From: Octopus sinensis
Lineage: Eukaryota
Length of the DNA: 64,000 nucleotides
Direction: 5' to 3'
Assembly: GCF_006345805.1 (NCBI RefSeq)
Contig: NC_043004.1
Span: 100,688,001 to 100,752,000, forward strand
Part shown: positions 12,478-25,567 of the stretch, in pieces
Numbering within the stretch: the stretch's first letter is position 1
How the letters are laid out: each line of letters opens with the position of its first letter
Notes under the pieces: model-generated
Databases searched by the model: none
The model's input: only the letters and a program-made list of their open reading frames with translations
Told to the model about the DNA's origin: nothing
Made by a program: the position numbers and the translations under genes

Positions 12478-13339
12478 ATACTAGCTAACAGATTGCTTAG
12501 AAGTGAACAGTTTCGCTGGTAGTAAACGTTTCCATACAAACTAAAATTCCAGAGATTCTTTTTAGTCGCGGAGTATCATACAGTCAGTTCGAGAATGGAG
12601 GTGATATGCGTGAGGCCAAGTCAAAGTAGAAAAAATTCTCCAGGAACTATTTCCGTAGCAGAAGATTTTCTTCAGTCCGAATACAATCGAATGTTAAATA
12701 TTACTTTACAAGAATATACTTTATTCGGCGCTGTTTCATGCGATTTTATGTATAAAATGTGTGTGTGTGTGTGTGTATGTGTGCCCGCGTGTGTGTGTGT
12801 GTGTGTGTATGTGTGCCCGCGTGTGCGTATGTGTGTGTGTGTGCCCGCGTGTGCGTATGTATGTGTGTGTGTGTAATTGTGTGTTTGCGTTTGTGTGCAC
12901 ATACGTGAATGTGTGTATCTGTGTGTTTATGTGTGTGTTTGCGTTTGTGTGCACATACGTGAATGTGTGTATCTGTGTGTTTATGTGTGTGTTTGCATGT
13001 AGAGAAAGAGAAAGAGATAGAGAGACAGACAGATAGATAGATAGAGAGAGAGAGATAGAGACAGAGACAGACAGACAGACAAAAATTGTAAATTTCCGAA
13101 ATGGCGACATTCAGAATAACAGAAAACCCATGGTAACTGCACTTCTGAAAATTGACACACAGGAAAGAAATCTGCCGCCAGTGTGTGAGATTGTTTACGG
13201 CCGCTGTCACCTTTTGTGAAAGTTAACGCCGTGCAGCCATGTGGAAGGCCTCGTGCTATAGTTTATACATTTTATTTTTTGTGTTATAAGCGCTTTCCCG
13301 ATGCCTGGTGTGTGTGAGAATAAGAAACAAAAGAGAACA

Positions 13340-15210
13340 TGAAAATTTAGTGATAAGCTAAATATCAAGAAGTAAACGTAACAAGGTAAAAGCAGAAATG
13401 TGTTAACGACAAAATAAACATTGGATCGTCGACTTTATACGACATTAAGAACGCTAAACAAAAGATTTGGGATTTTAATGGATGTTCTGCGTCTAACCAT
13501 AAAATAGCACAGAGGAAAATGGCGTAAACGAAAATGCAAAAATGTTGATAAAATATTGCACGAGTAGCTTTTATTGAAGCGTTCGGAGGGTATAGCTATA
13601 TCTGGGTCTTTGATTTTAGGCAAAGCTAAATATTTTAAAGAGAAAGTGGATTTAGAGACCTTAATAGTTTTCTCGGATGGCTGGCTGAGCAGATTTAAGA
13701 TACATCATGGAATAAGAAAACTTAGATATTACCGATGAAACCGAGCTTCACTGGAAATGTTTGCCAACGAATTACATTGCCAAGATCCAACGAAGCAAAT
13801 ACTGTTGGTTTTAAGTTTAATAAAGACTGAATGAGCTCTCGCTAGCGGAAATACATCTGGTTAATACGGAATAAATTTTGCTTTTTTGTTTTTGTTTTTA
13901 ATTGGTGACAAAATGTGAGCTAAGATAAAAATGACTCATGCGGACCATTGGAAAGTGGTGACGGAGTGAATGCTGGGTAAAAAGCAGTCTTAATTAATTT
14001 ACTCTTTACGTTATAATTAGAGAAAGAAAACGAGAAAAACTCCATAGTGATAATAAGTAGCGAGTCTGATTAAAAGAAAAGGGAGAAAAGTTCAAGAAAT
14101 TACGTAATTTATTTCTCAGAAAATTTTCCTTTCATGCTTAGAGAATATCCTGATCTTTGTTTGCAGGCAAGATAACAGCCACAATATATTGTTTGGCTTT
14201 ATTAGAGCTCATCAACAAAGTATAATTTCCTTAAAGTTACTTTGATCAATGAACAGAGACTCACCGAGTAATACACGATTGACATAGAATTATGGCCTGT
14301 ATATTTTGCATATTTTTAAACGTATGCTAAGAAAAATGTACCAAATTTTCAATGGCATAAATTTGCATAATTAAAGTACACACTGATGTACTGAATGACA
14401 ACGTCAAGAATTCCTAATGACTTGCAATGAGCATCTTACTTAATTGAAAGGTACCCTTAGTTGAAGAAAAATTTTCCAAATCTAAAAATGGAAATTAAAT
14501 TTTCTGCGCAAAATCACAAATAATCTCCCTTTTACTTTTTGCTAACAATTACTATCAGTTTTTTTTTTCTCCAATGAGAGGCAACTTTCGGTGATCAAGA
14601 ATGTTTAGAAAAACTTCTTTTGTATCACAGTTTACTTAAAAGTCTTTGTGATTTAAAAATTTCATCATCTCGAAGCCTCGAAGTAAATAATTCACTTGCT
14701 AATCTGCTTCAATGCCTGAACGATGCATAGCTGAATAAACCCCTTTTTTTCCAAATTGGTTAACTCACGGATTTGTGCCTGTAGTTTATCTTAATTTAGG
14801 TAATATGGGTACGCCTTCAGACAGTAAACGTTTCGTACTTCTTGACAACTGTAGAATCCATCTAATAATGCTAAGGTAGTTTCAGAACTAGGTAATATTT
14901 CTTTGTATTTTTATTTTAATTCTCTCATACAGACAATAAACCAGAAAATTATCCACAATTTTCAAATGTCACTATAGAATATAATTTTACGAGGCAATTA
15001 ATCAATAGCAAAGTGTCTGTCTCTGACTTTCAATTCCAATTTACAATTAAGGCTGCGCCATTTACATCTGCTATTGCGTGGACTTCTATTAAACATGTCA
15101 CCGTCTTGAGAGCAGAGCGAACATTACAGACTATTTTCATGCTTCAGGATTTAATTTCTGGTGATGAAGATGAAGTGGATTTTGATGGTTTTAATGTTAG
15201 GTAGAGGACA
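13340..15210 (+). pseudogene. Decayed Tigger/pogo (CENP-B/Jerky-like) transposase
   Basis: Collinear motifs across frames: IGSSTLYDIKNAKQKIWDF (13420), KRSEGIAISGSLILGKAKYFKEK...FSDGWLSRFKIHHGIRKL (13577-13723), DETELHWKCLPT (13734), LLDNCRIH (14838), FQFQFTIKAAPFTSAIAWTSI...DEDEVDFDGF (~15030-15192). Multiple stops, frameshifts and indels. Confidence 0.8.
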
Positions 15211-17475
15211 AACGGAATAATACAAGTTCATAAAAGATTCATAACACAAAGTCGAGGATGCTTTCGACGAGTGCACTAACCTTAATAGCCATAATGAGTG
15301 AACCAAAACTTCTTTTGGTCAAGAGATTCTCAAGTGTTTGTAATTACGAGAACTGAAGTGCAATAATTTGCTCAGACGAAGATGGTGAGGAAAATTTGAC
15401 GAATCCCTCACACATTGAAATCCGGAAAAAGATTCCAAAAACAACGAATCCATACATTTCGTGTTTGAGGGCTCGACAAGAAATTGGGAATACTCTGGAA
15501 AAGCAGGCTCTTGAATCAGCCTGTTTTTCTCTAGGTTTTATGCTTGAAAAGAAATACTCGTACAAATTTTTCCATTGTGTAAGGTATATACATGTATGTG
15601 GTAACGATTACAACATGCCAGTAGCGAAGGGTTTCATCTTTCCTAACCTGTCCAGTCGACTCTTCAGTAGGTGACCAATACATAACTTATAATGTTTTAA
15701 AAGTCATTTTCCATGTCGAAATTAACAAAACTTACTTTTCAGGATGAGGTTGATTAGTAGAGATTTTGACTAAGGAGAGATTAGTGGGGAATTTTTCGGG
15801 TTAAAAGAATTTTACGCGCTGCTTGTAACTGAGTTAGTGACATCTGTATTTCTCCTTTTATATCTTGATTCTCAATTAAATTCAGAGATGCCACGCTATT
15901 CATTATTATGTTGATATCAGAATCAGCTGTTGTATACTACACGAGGCTCTTGAATAGCGGGCTCTTTTTTATTGGGAGCTGTTGATGTATATTATCAATC
16001 GTAGTGTCAGTGAGAGAGGTATAGATATTTTTCGATCAAATTACAGTGTACTATAATCCTTCGGCAATTTCCTCTAGGGTTGCTTTGCTGCCTTTGGAGA
16101 AGAGTTTACAACTACAGTTGCAGCTCACCACCATCCTGTTTTTATTGAACAGCCGATGGAATTTCTAACAATTCAGAAAATACTTCTTAACAAGAAATAG
16201 GAAGCATCTGGTTTTTACATTGATGTTATAAGATAGCATGCATCATATTGTATTCCTATTTCTAACGCACTTTTAATGGCTTCATGCTGTTCCTCGTTAA
16301 CAATATTTTGTCGTTTTTTATTGTACTCAGCAGCCCAATTGAAGTAGTGTCGACTGAGAATAGCATAATTATTGTTTTGTGTATGTATTTGGAGAAGCAT
16401 CAATCTCATCTTTCTCCGGTGGTCTTTGAGGGCCACGGGCACCGTCCCTTTCTCTAGACACAGTAAATAAATAAAATATGATTGGCCTGGTTGTAAACGC
16501 TTATCTGTTATGTAGCAATATCTCACTTCGCACTATCTCATTTATAATTGATTCACTATAGAAATATATTTTCTCTGGGAAAATATTTTCAGTAGATTAG
16601 TATTCTATTATTATGGTAACTACTGGGACATGTGGACATCCTACGTTTATATAAATTCTCTTTTATTACAATAATTTTATGCATCTTCATAACATTGTTT
16701 CGGTACATAGCATTTATTCATCGTATCATTTCATTCTTTTTCTTGTCGCATCGTCTTCGATTTCCTTCTTTAGGGAAGGCTGTTTAAATGTGATAATAAA
16801 ATTTGTAGTGCAAAACATTTGCAAATATTTATGAAGATAACAAAAAGTAATAAATGATAGCAAAAACTGGAATAACTTACTTGTTAGACCATAAAAGTAT
16901 AAATAAAGAGGAAAGTATTTTCCTTGTCACCAAGTTTAAAGTCCTACCTATGTGCGTTTGATATTCCCTAAATGCAATTCGCTTCTACTCTTGTAACTTT
17001 ACATTTTGTTCGATGCTTACATTTGGCATCTTAGATTAACTTACAGCATCTAGAGTTTCAAGCCGTACCTCACTCATACATAAGGAGTATAACACGGGAC
17101 TGATTTATAGTTTCTGATGTTTGTTTATAATATTATTTTCTAGGAAAATAGTTTTCGGTTAATAATTACACTTTCACGAAAATAGTAGTTCAATTTTTCA
17201 CTCCAGAAATAATTCTTACTAAAGAATACCTCAGTAACATCATCATCAAAAATTACGGAAATCATAGACCGGCTCCCCGAGAATGAGCCCGTCTGGGGAC
17301 GCAACAGTTCAGAGATGTTCTGGCCCACCTACTGCGAACTGCTTCATGACAGAGGAGGCAAGAAAATACAGACAAATATACCAGGTACATGCATAAGTTG
17401 GACTCTCAGCTTAGGTAAAACTTGTCTTATATCGCATCGAAAATAATTTTCATCTGAGTTAACAGCAAGTAGATT

Positions 17476-17870
17476 TTTACTTACTTTTTTACTTTTACTT
17501 GTTTCAGTCATTTGACTGCAGCCAAGCTGGAGCACCGCCTTTAGTCGAGCAAATCGACCCCGGGACTTATTCTTTGTAAGCCCAGTACTTATTCTATCGG
17601 TCTCTTTTGCCGAACCGCTAAGTGACGGGGACGTAAACACACCAGCATCGGTTGTCAAGCAATGCTAGGGGTACAAACACACGCACATATATACATATAT
17701 ACATACATACGACAGGCTTCTTTCAGTTTCCGTCTACCAAATCCACTCACAAGGCTTTGGTCGGCCCGAGGTTATAGCAGAAGACATTTGCCCAAGATGC
17801 CACGCAGTGGGATTGAACCCGGAACCATGTGGTTGGTTAGCAAGCTACTTACCACACAGCCACTCCTGCG
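17476..17870 (-). mobile_element. Full-length SINE group B
   Basis: tRNA-like head, CORE-like catcttgggcaaatgtcttctgctataacc, central microsatellite, and 3' tail cagtcaaatgactgaaacaagtaaaag. Confidence 0.9.
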
Positions 17871-19395
17871 TACTTTGCGTACTTCAGTCTAAACTTGATT
17901 AAAAGAAGCCGTTTAATGATTGTTTTACTAACTTTAATTCTTAATTAACTAAACTTCAGTTTTAATTATTTCCTCGTGAGTTTAAAACAGAAATGTGTAA
18001 CATCAACTCATGCGAGGTTATCCAAAATCATTGTTTAGAATATGCGACAGCAAGTCTCTGAGTAGTTTTCGTAGTTGTTCGGTGATGTTTGTCACCATCA
18101 TCCACCATCACCAAGCGATTGACTTTTGCGTTTTTATCGTTGATAAAAGATATTCTATGAAACTGGTAACTCCATGCAGGGTTATATATAACCCGCATAG
18201 CATCTGTTCCTTTAGTGTTGCATTTTTAGGAACACATCCCAGGCGCTAACTGAAGTATTACAGTAATATTTCACCCACTTTTCGATACTTACCCAAACAG
18301 GCTACACATTGTGAAATCTTTAATTATGGATGTTTAATCCTATTTACCCAATACATGCATATAAATTAGGCTACTACTGCTACTTCTACTACAATTCAAC
18401 ATAGAGCATATGTTAGTTATATAGCAGTTTCAAACAAATGTTGTCGCTAAACTGAAAAAGTGATTCGAGTGTTATTGCCAGAAATCATATCATAGAGATT
18501 CATATTAATTTCAATACTGTCGAAATAGATGCACCTTGATTATCGATGTCCTGTGTCTCATATCTTTAGGCTATAACTTCATAAATACATTTTCAGCTTG
18601 TCTTCGGCATTTCAAAATATGTTTATGACATTATGTATGTGTTTGTGCGAGTGACTGTGGAAACTGTGTTTGTGTACATACTTATACACATATATAAGCA
18701 CAAGCACACGCACACACACACACACACACATACACACACTCACGCACATACACACACATACACATACATCTTCACATATATATATATACATACACAAACA
18801 CACACACATATATATATATATTAAAAAATTATGAATATATGTGTGTATATATATATATGAGAGAGAGAGCGAGACAGAGAGAAAGAAGAGTAGAGAGAGA
18901 GACAGAGAGACAGAGAGGGGCAGAGAGAGTGGCGAGTGAGAAGATGAGAAAGAGATACAGAAAAGCGTAGGGTAACTTTGCTTTAGGGTATTCGCTCAAA
19001 AATACCTGCTTCGTGTTTTCTTACCTTATTATAGAATACTTGGGGATTTGTTGTTGTCGTTGTTGTTAATGAGGTGGTTGTTGTTGTTGTTTTCGTTGTT
19101 GTTTTTGTTGATGCTATAGTCATCGTTGTTGTTATTGTTGTAGATGTTGTTGTTACTTGTAATTTACCTACGAATTCTCCATGGTACATTATAAACAAGA
19201 TTTTTCGCTTTACACGATCCTATTATTTCATTTTAATCAGTTAAATCTACAAGAAACAATGTTGTTGTTTTTTCCTGTTTTCACATCTCGATGCTAATTT
19301 TAAGTCATATTTGCTAACTAATTTTAGGGTATACAGTGTTTTTAGTGGTGATGGTGGTGGTGGTGGTGGCCGTCGTGTTGGTGGCCATTTTCATA

Positions 19396-19637
19396 TACGT
19401 GATCTGATCAATAAGTATCCGGAGTGTTGCCTTAGTAACGAAGCTAAAGCAGGCGGAGTGAAGCCGCTTGGTACAGATTGACCTTGGACACTGCTCTCCA
19501 TGCACACTAAGACTTAACGTTCTAACTCACTTTCTCTGTTTACAACAGTACTTGGAAAGAACGTGTATCGTGTGATAGTAACATTAACCATGACAGAGGA
19601 AGTCGAGCAGTGAATCTGCATCAAAATTTGCCAAAAG
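19396..19637 (+). mobile_element. 5' fragment of a mariner element with transposase start
   Basis: TA followed by cgtgatctgatcaataagtatccgga (TIR-like). ATG at 19590 gives MTEEVEQ*ICIKICQK, resembling the mariner N-terminal EQRxCIKFC motif. Confidence 0.6.
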
Positions 19638-19674
19638 TTTCTTCTTCAGTCTTCCCTTCTATTGGACTTACCTC

Positions 19675-19712
19675 TGTTTCCGAAGAAGAGCGTCTGCACG
19701 AAACGTTAAACA
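19675..19712 (+). ncRNA. Minimal type-I hammerhead-like motif in a Penelope-like terminal repeat
   Basis: Stem I tgttt/aaaca, core ccgaaga plus a, stem II gagc-gtct-gcac, then gaaac-gtt. Homologous element at 56045-56205. Confidence 0.5.
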
Positions 19713-19810
19713 ATCTTTTTTTCCTTTCCTGAGCGTCTGCTAATACATTACTTGTATATTGTCCTCGTGTTGCTGTTTTTTGTGCTTGTTCTTTTTCTGG
19801 ATTTACTATA

Positions 19811-19876
<66 letters not shown>

Positions 19877-20429
19877 ATAGATATAGATATAGATATATAT
19901 ATAGATATAGATATAGACATATAGATATAGATATAGATATAGATATATTGATATAAATATATATACATATATATGTATATATATATATATATTATATATA
20001 TATATATATATTATTATTATTATGATATGATTGAACGCCACGCATCATCTTCCAAGTAAGTTTTATCTTAATTATTCTGATGCACACTGTGTACCATCTT
20101 TTTACTCTTTCGTTTCTCTCTCATTCTCTCTGTTATTCATTTACCCACTATTCTATCCTATTACTCTGTCACTCTCTCCCTCACTCCTCCCTTACTCACG
20201 AAGATCCCACGTGAACATCGGCCAACTTTCTCCTCGTAACTTGTGTTTCTTTCTGTTGTAGCTGGAACAAGGAAGACGTATTATTGTCTGTCTCCTGTCC
20301 AAACTTGATTTACGCGTTCGGCACCACAACCTCCTTTAGGCTGGCTTAGCAGCTCTTCCTTTTTGTTTTCACTGTCCTCTTTGTGTTGCTAACTTTGAGC
20401 CCCCGCAAAATCCCAAATTTTATTTAATT

Positions 20430-20655
20430 TCGTTGCAGGTGTAGCTGCTTTATCGAAAGCGTATACTGTTGTTAAATGCTCGAAATATGAGTGTAGAATA
20501 ACAGACAGCAACGGATGAAGGGTCGTTCTTTATTTTGTTTGTCTTGTTTTCCATTTGTGTCTTTCGTTGTCCGAAAAAATAGTTCATATTCCATGTACTC
20601 GTACTTGTATATTTTTTGTTATACACGTTTTGTGATGTCTTGTACCCACATATGC
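20430..20655. mobile_element. Single arm of the inverted-repeat family seen at 26291-26788
   Basis: gttaaatgctcgaaat...gacagcaacggatgaagggtc...gtgatgtcttgtacccacatatg matches 26640-26790; ends in (TA)n. Confidence 0.6.
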
Positions 20656-20737
20656 ATATATATATATATATATATATATACGTATAGATGTAAGTATGTA
20701 CATATACGTATGTATATATGCATATATATATATATAG

Positions 20738-20770
<33 letters not shown>

Positions 20771-20792
20771 GTGTGTGTGGTGTGTGTGTGTG

Positions 20793-20830
<38 letters not shown>

Positions 20831-20929
20831 TATGAGTGAGTAGACAAACGAAAGAGAAACTCAACACATTTATTAGGAGTTACTTGTATTATTCAAAACA
20901 GTTTGATTCGAATTCTGTACTATTTCAAG

Positions 20930-21515
20930 TTTCGTATTCCCGTCGCCGAGCCGCACTCCTCAGGCGCGTGGATTATTCAAGTGAAGAGAGAGGTACAGGA
21001 AGTTCAAGGTGGGTACAGAGAGATAGGTTGCAATTGATCAACGAGGGTCACGTGATGACATAGTGGATTGTATTGTTTGGTAAGCGATAGCAGTTCCATG
21101 GGAAATCAGAGTTTCTTTGACTGCGTGATTGGACAGGAAATTTAGTGGCGATTGTGATCAGTAGGGCCCGTGAGCATATGAGCTTGTGTGTACGCGTTTA
21201 CATGTGTATATAAGCGCACACGTGTGTGTGTGCGGGAAAGTTTATATAAAGATATGTGTTTAACATACATTGTAGCGAATACTTAATGTTATATCCATGA
21301 TACCCTAGTGAGTCGAACGTTGAAACTTGAATTAGCAGATTGCTTTTGTCAAAAATCACTTTACACGAAACAGGAAGTGTCAATTGATATATTGTACGTA
21401 CATCATAGATGTTTGAATCAATCAACAGATAACACTTCCGGACACACTAACGCCAAAAGGCAGGCTTACATTATTGTTTTTCTGGCTAATAAAGCAAGAC
21501 ACCTACTTCCGCAAT
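20930..21515. promoter_or_regulatory. Possible enhancer or promoter: ETS-core, E-box and CCAAT motif cluster
   Basis: acaggaagt 20995, gtcacgtgat 21047, attgg 21128, acaggaaat 21133, acaggaagtg 21370, cacttccgg 21433, tacttccgc 21504; locally CpG-rich unique sequence. Confidence 0.3.
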
Positions 21516-21723
21516 AAGCGATCCTATGTAATCACTCTTCTAACAATCGGTCACTTAGACCTAATTATGAGCGTCGCTGTTAAGTAGGGGTGTATATTAT
21601 AATATACAGACGTGTGTGTGTGTGTGTGTGTTGTATGAATTTATGTGCGTGTGGTAAAAAGTGTCAATCTCTAAAGCCTCGTGAGACTGGATTTGATAGA
21701 GTGGAACAGACAGAAACCCGTCG

Positions 21724-21806
<83 letters not shown>

Positions 21807-22066
21807 CTGAACGTGTGTGCGTGTGATGTGTGCATGTGTAAGTATGTTTTCCCCTCACCACTTGATAACCGGTATTGGTGTGTTTACATCCCCCGTAACC
21901 TAGAGAGAATGATAGAATAAGTGAACGGCTTAAAAATATATAAATACCGCTGGGGTCTATTCGCTCAAATATGATCCTTCAACGGTGTGCCACAGTATAG
22001 TGGCAGTATGTATATATATATATATGTGGGTGGGTGTATATATATATATGTTGGTAGGGTATAGAT

Positions 22067-22119
<53 letters not shown>

Positions 22120-22472
22120 TGTATGTATGTATGTATGTATGTATGTATGTATGCATGCAAGCATGCATGCATGTATATATGTATGTATGCGTGCGTGCAC
22201 GTATGTGTTGTGTGTGTGCGCGCGCGAGTATGTATATACGTGTGTGCTTTTCTTTAACACGAGGTCAGACACGAGATCAGACAGATCTACAATCAAAGAA
22301 AAAATTCCCAGCCGTGACCCTCCTGTATTTCGGATTTATTATTTGGTCTCGATTCTTTCACGTATGCGGCTTAGCTCGTCTTGGAATAAATGATCCAACA
22401 AGTCCTTCTTTTTTAGGATGGGGCGATATGAGTTGCAGCAGATTTTGCTAATATTTCTATATGCTCTTATCG

Positions 22473-23181
22473 GATCTTTTCTGTTTGGCTACCACTTTTC
22501 AATTTCCTCAGTTTCTGTTCCTTCATATTTGGTGTAATGATGTAGTTTGTATGCTAATCATTGACATGAAATTCACTTTCGTCATAAATCAAAAACTAAA
22601 ATGTTAATAGCTTTTAAAGTTTGAAAATTTGGGGTAATTTTAGCCAATCGCAAGCCACAGACACATTGACGCCTATTTCCATAGTAACAAGCCAAGTTGG
22701 TACCAAGTTGCTTACGCACATGGTCACTTTTCGCTTATTAAATGATGGTTGTAAGATGTGCTAAAACTAATAGCTAATGCGCCTCGAAACACGCACACAC
22801 TAATTTTCTTTCTTTTTTCTTCTGCATAATCATACGAACTCGCGTGTGTTGAATACAAATTCGCAAAAATTTTCTGAAAATACCCCAAAATAAAAAAGTT
22901 ATGAAGGGTTATCTGGCGTGCGTAAAACAGAATACCGCCAATTTTACATTTGTTTACAGTTGACAACGCGTGCTGTCACGCACAAAACGTCAGCATCCAA
23001 ATCTTGTTCCTTGACTGAGTAAAACTAATTGAACATGAACGTTTGTAACCTTTTAAAAATTTTTTGCAAAAAAATTAAATATCGTGTAAGATTCAGCTTG
23101 GAAAATTACACCAATACACCAAATTTTAAAATTGTTACCAAATTTAGAAATTTCCAAAGGTGCAGCCAAACAGGAAAGATC
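22473..23181. mobile_element. MITE/foldback-like element with long imperfect terminal inverted repeats
   Basis: gatcttttctgtttggct (22473-22490) and agccaaacaggaaagatc (23164-23181) are 17/18 complementary, and weaker complementarity extends ~80 bp inward. Confidence 0.6.
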
Positions 23182-23317
23182 GTTCTTGTCTCGGAACTTC
23201 CAAGTAACAGGTTCTGTAATGGACATGCAAATTTCAAGAATTTTTCTGTTGGTAATTATCGTATTGGAATAATATTAATTTTGATCATTTTTAACAGCTA
23301 TCTTGAAAGATATTCAT

Positions 23318-23373
<56 letters not shown>

Positions 23374-23909
23374 TTCATTATGCTACAATAGTATCGAATC
23401 CGGCGTTTATAAGCATCAAAATTTGATATAAAATATTTATACTCTCGTAGAATAAGCAGCTATATATACATTACTTAAGATTCATGCTCATACCTCAACA
23501 CACACATACATAAATAAATATGCATGCGGGCGTGTGTGTGTGTGTGTGTATGTATGTATGTGTGTGTGTGTGCGTGTGTGTGTGTGTGTGTATCCTGTGT
23601 AATATATACACAACATCATATGCTTCTAAAAAGATAAGGAAGTCAGGAACACTTCCACTGACGCACATAGTCTCAGGCATAAACATATATACACACGCTT
23701 ACACACACAACTAAACACAAATATACACACAGACACAATAACAAATGCACGCGTAAACACACACATAAACACACAAACGCACATACACATTTAATATCTA
23801 ACACGTCTCCCCAGACAATTATTTTTGGCCTCCTGGCAAATTCTTCGACATTATATTGCCTGAAGGAAACATTCGTGTGTAAACTAGGAAACTGAACGCA
23901 AAACACACA

Positions 23910-23970
<61 letters not shown>

Positions 23971-23976
23971 CACACA

Positions 23977-24015
<39 letters not shown>

Positions 24016-24827
24016 AACACACAATACACACACACATACAAACACACAATACACACAAATACACAGACTCACGTACATACACAAACGTATAAGCATATGC
24101 ATATATATATTCACGAATATATATATATGTATATAAATATATATGTATATATATAATACATTCGCACTACATACGCACACGTGTGTGTGTGTAAATATAT
24201 ATATATATGTACATATATATGTATAAATATATATACATGCATATATAAACTCGTTTATATATACATGTATGTATTTATGCACATACATGTATGTGCACAA
24301 TATATACACCTATGCAAATAAACAAACATTTGCGTAAACTCATTACACAATCAGTCACAAACACGTTTAAAAAACAGGTATATATTGTGAACATGTATAT
24401 ATACACACGCACACGGGATAAGCAAACAAAAACAAAAACATGAAAATAATGACACAAACACATCAACATGCCTGCACGTGAAGGCTTTCTCACCCCCACC
24501 CCATTTGTAGTTCTGAAACGAAAGAAAAAAACATTATGTGAATGCAAGACAAGAAAGCGAAGACGAGGGAAATCTGTTTGATTAAGTCCACTCAGTGCGT
24601 TCAAAAAACACATGTCAGCTATTTAATTAAAAGATGGAAATATATTAGAAAGTGTAGGCACAATACTTCATAAAAAAACAGAAACGGAAAAGTCCAAAAC
24701 CGAAACGAAATACTGAAGCAAGCATGAACGAGGGAATGAGGTAATAGAAACATCGAGACGATGGTTGTTTGGAGTAAAGCACTAGTTCGAACAGAAAAGG
24801 CGAACGGAAAACATATATTTCTATATA

Positions 24828-24873
<46 letters not shown>

Positions 24874-24998
24874 AGCATTCGTCTGCGTACGTGCATGTGT
24901 GTGTGTGTGGCTGTGTGTTTTGTATATGTATGTAAATACATATATGTAGGCATAAATATATACACATTTATATATATATATTTATGTTTATATATGTA

Positions 24999-25047
<49 letters not shown>

Positions 25048-25141
25048 CAACAATTGAGGGTAAAATTAATTAATTATTAATCAATTTCACCAAGTATTCA
25101 GTATGTAAAGGGACCATTATAGGCGAATTCAAAATATTACA

Positions 25142-25501
25142 TATATATAAGGGCTTAGTAAAATAAATTACTTTGCCACATACTGAACTCATTAGAAATA
25201 GCAGCTAAAGAAATTTCTTCAGCTATTTCTAATACTTAAAGAAGATCTCTCTCAGATAGTGTTTGCCTAAACCAACTCACAAAAGTATGGGGGAAAAAAC
25301 ATTAAAAAATCATTAAATAACCTTTGCACTTGATTTTTTAATGTTTTTTCCCCCATACTTTTGTGAGTTGGTTTAGGCAAACACTATCTGAGAGAGATCT
25401 TCTTTAAGTATTAGAAATAGCTGAAGAAATTTCTTTAACTGCTATTTCTAATGAGTTCAGTATGTGGCAAAGTAATTTATTTTACTAAGCCCTTATATAT
25501 A
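25142..25501. repeat. Near-perfect palindrome: 171-bp arms, 18-nt loop
   Basis: 25142-25312 vs 25331-25501, with one mismatch found (C25205/A25438). Confidence 0.95.
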
Positions 25502-25511
25502 ATATATATAT

Positions 25512-25560
<49 letters not shown>

Positions 25561-25567
<7 letters not shown>

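Noticed and set aside
15590-15680. Minus-strand KDETLRYWHVV, reminiscent of a WD40 end
   Set aside because: Short match with no supporting repeat or splice context; expected by chance.
16215-16526. ORF containing VNEEQHEAIKSAL, similar to an SF1 helicase Q motif
   Set aside because: No downstream Walker A motif and the frame closes soon after.
24738-24760. tgaggta let-7-like seed
   Set aside because: The remainder does not match let-7 and no precursor hairpin is evident.
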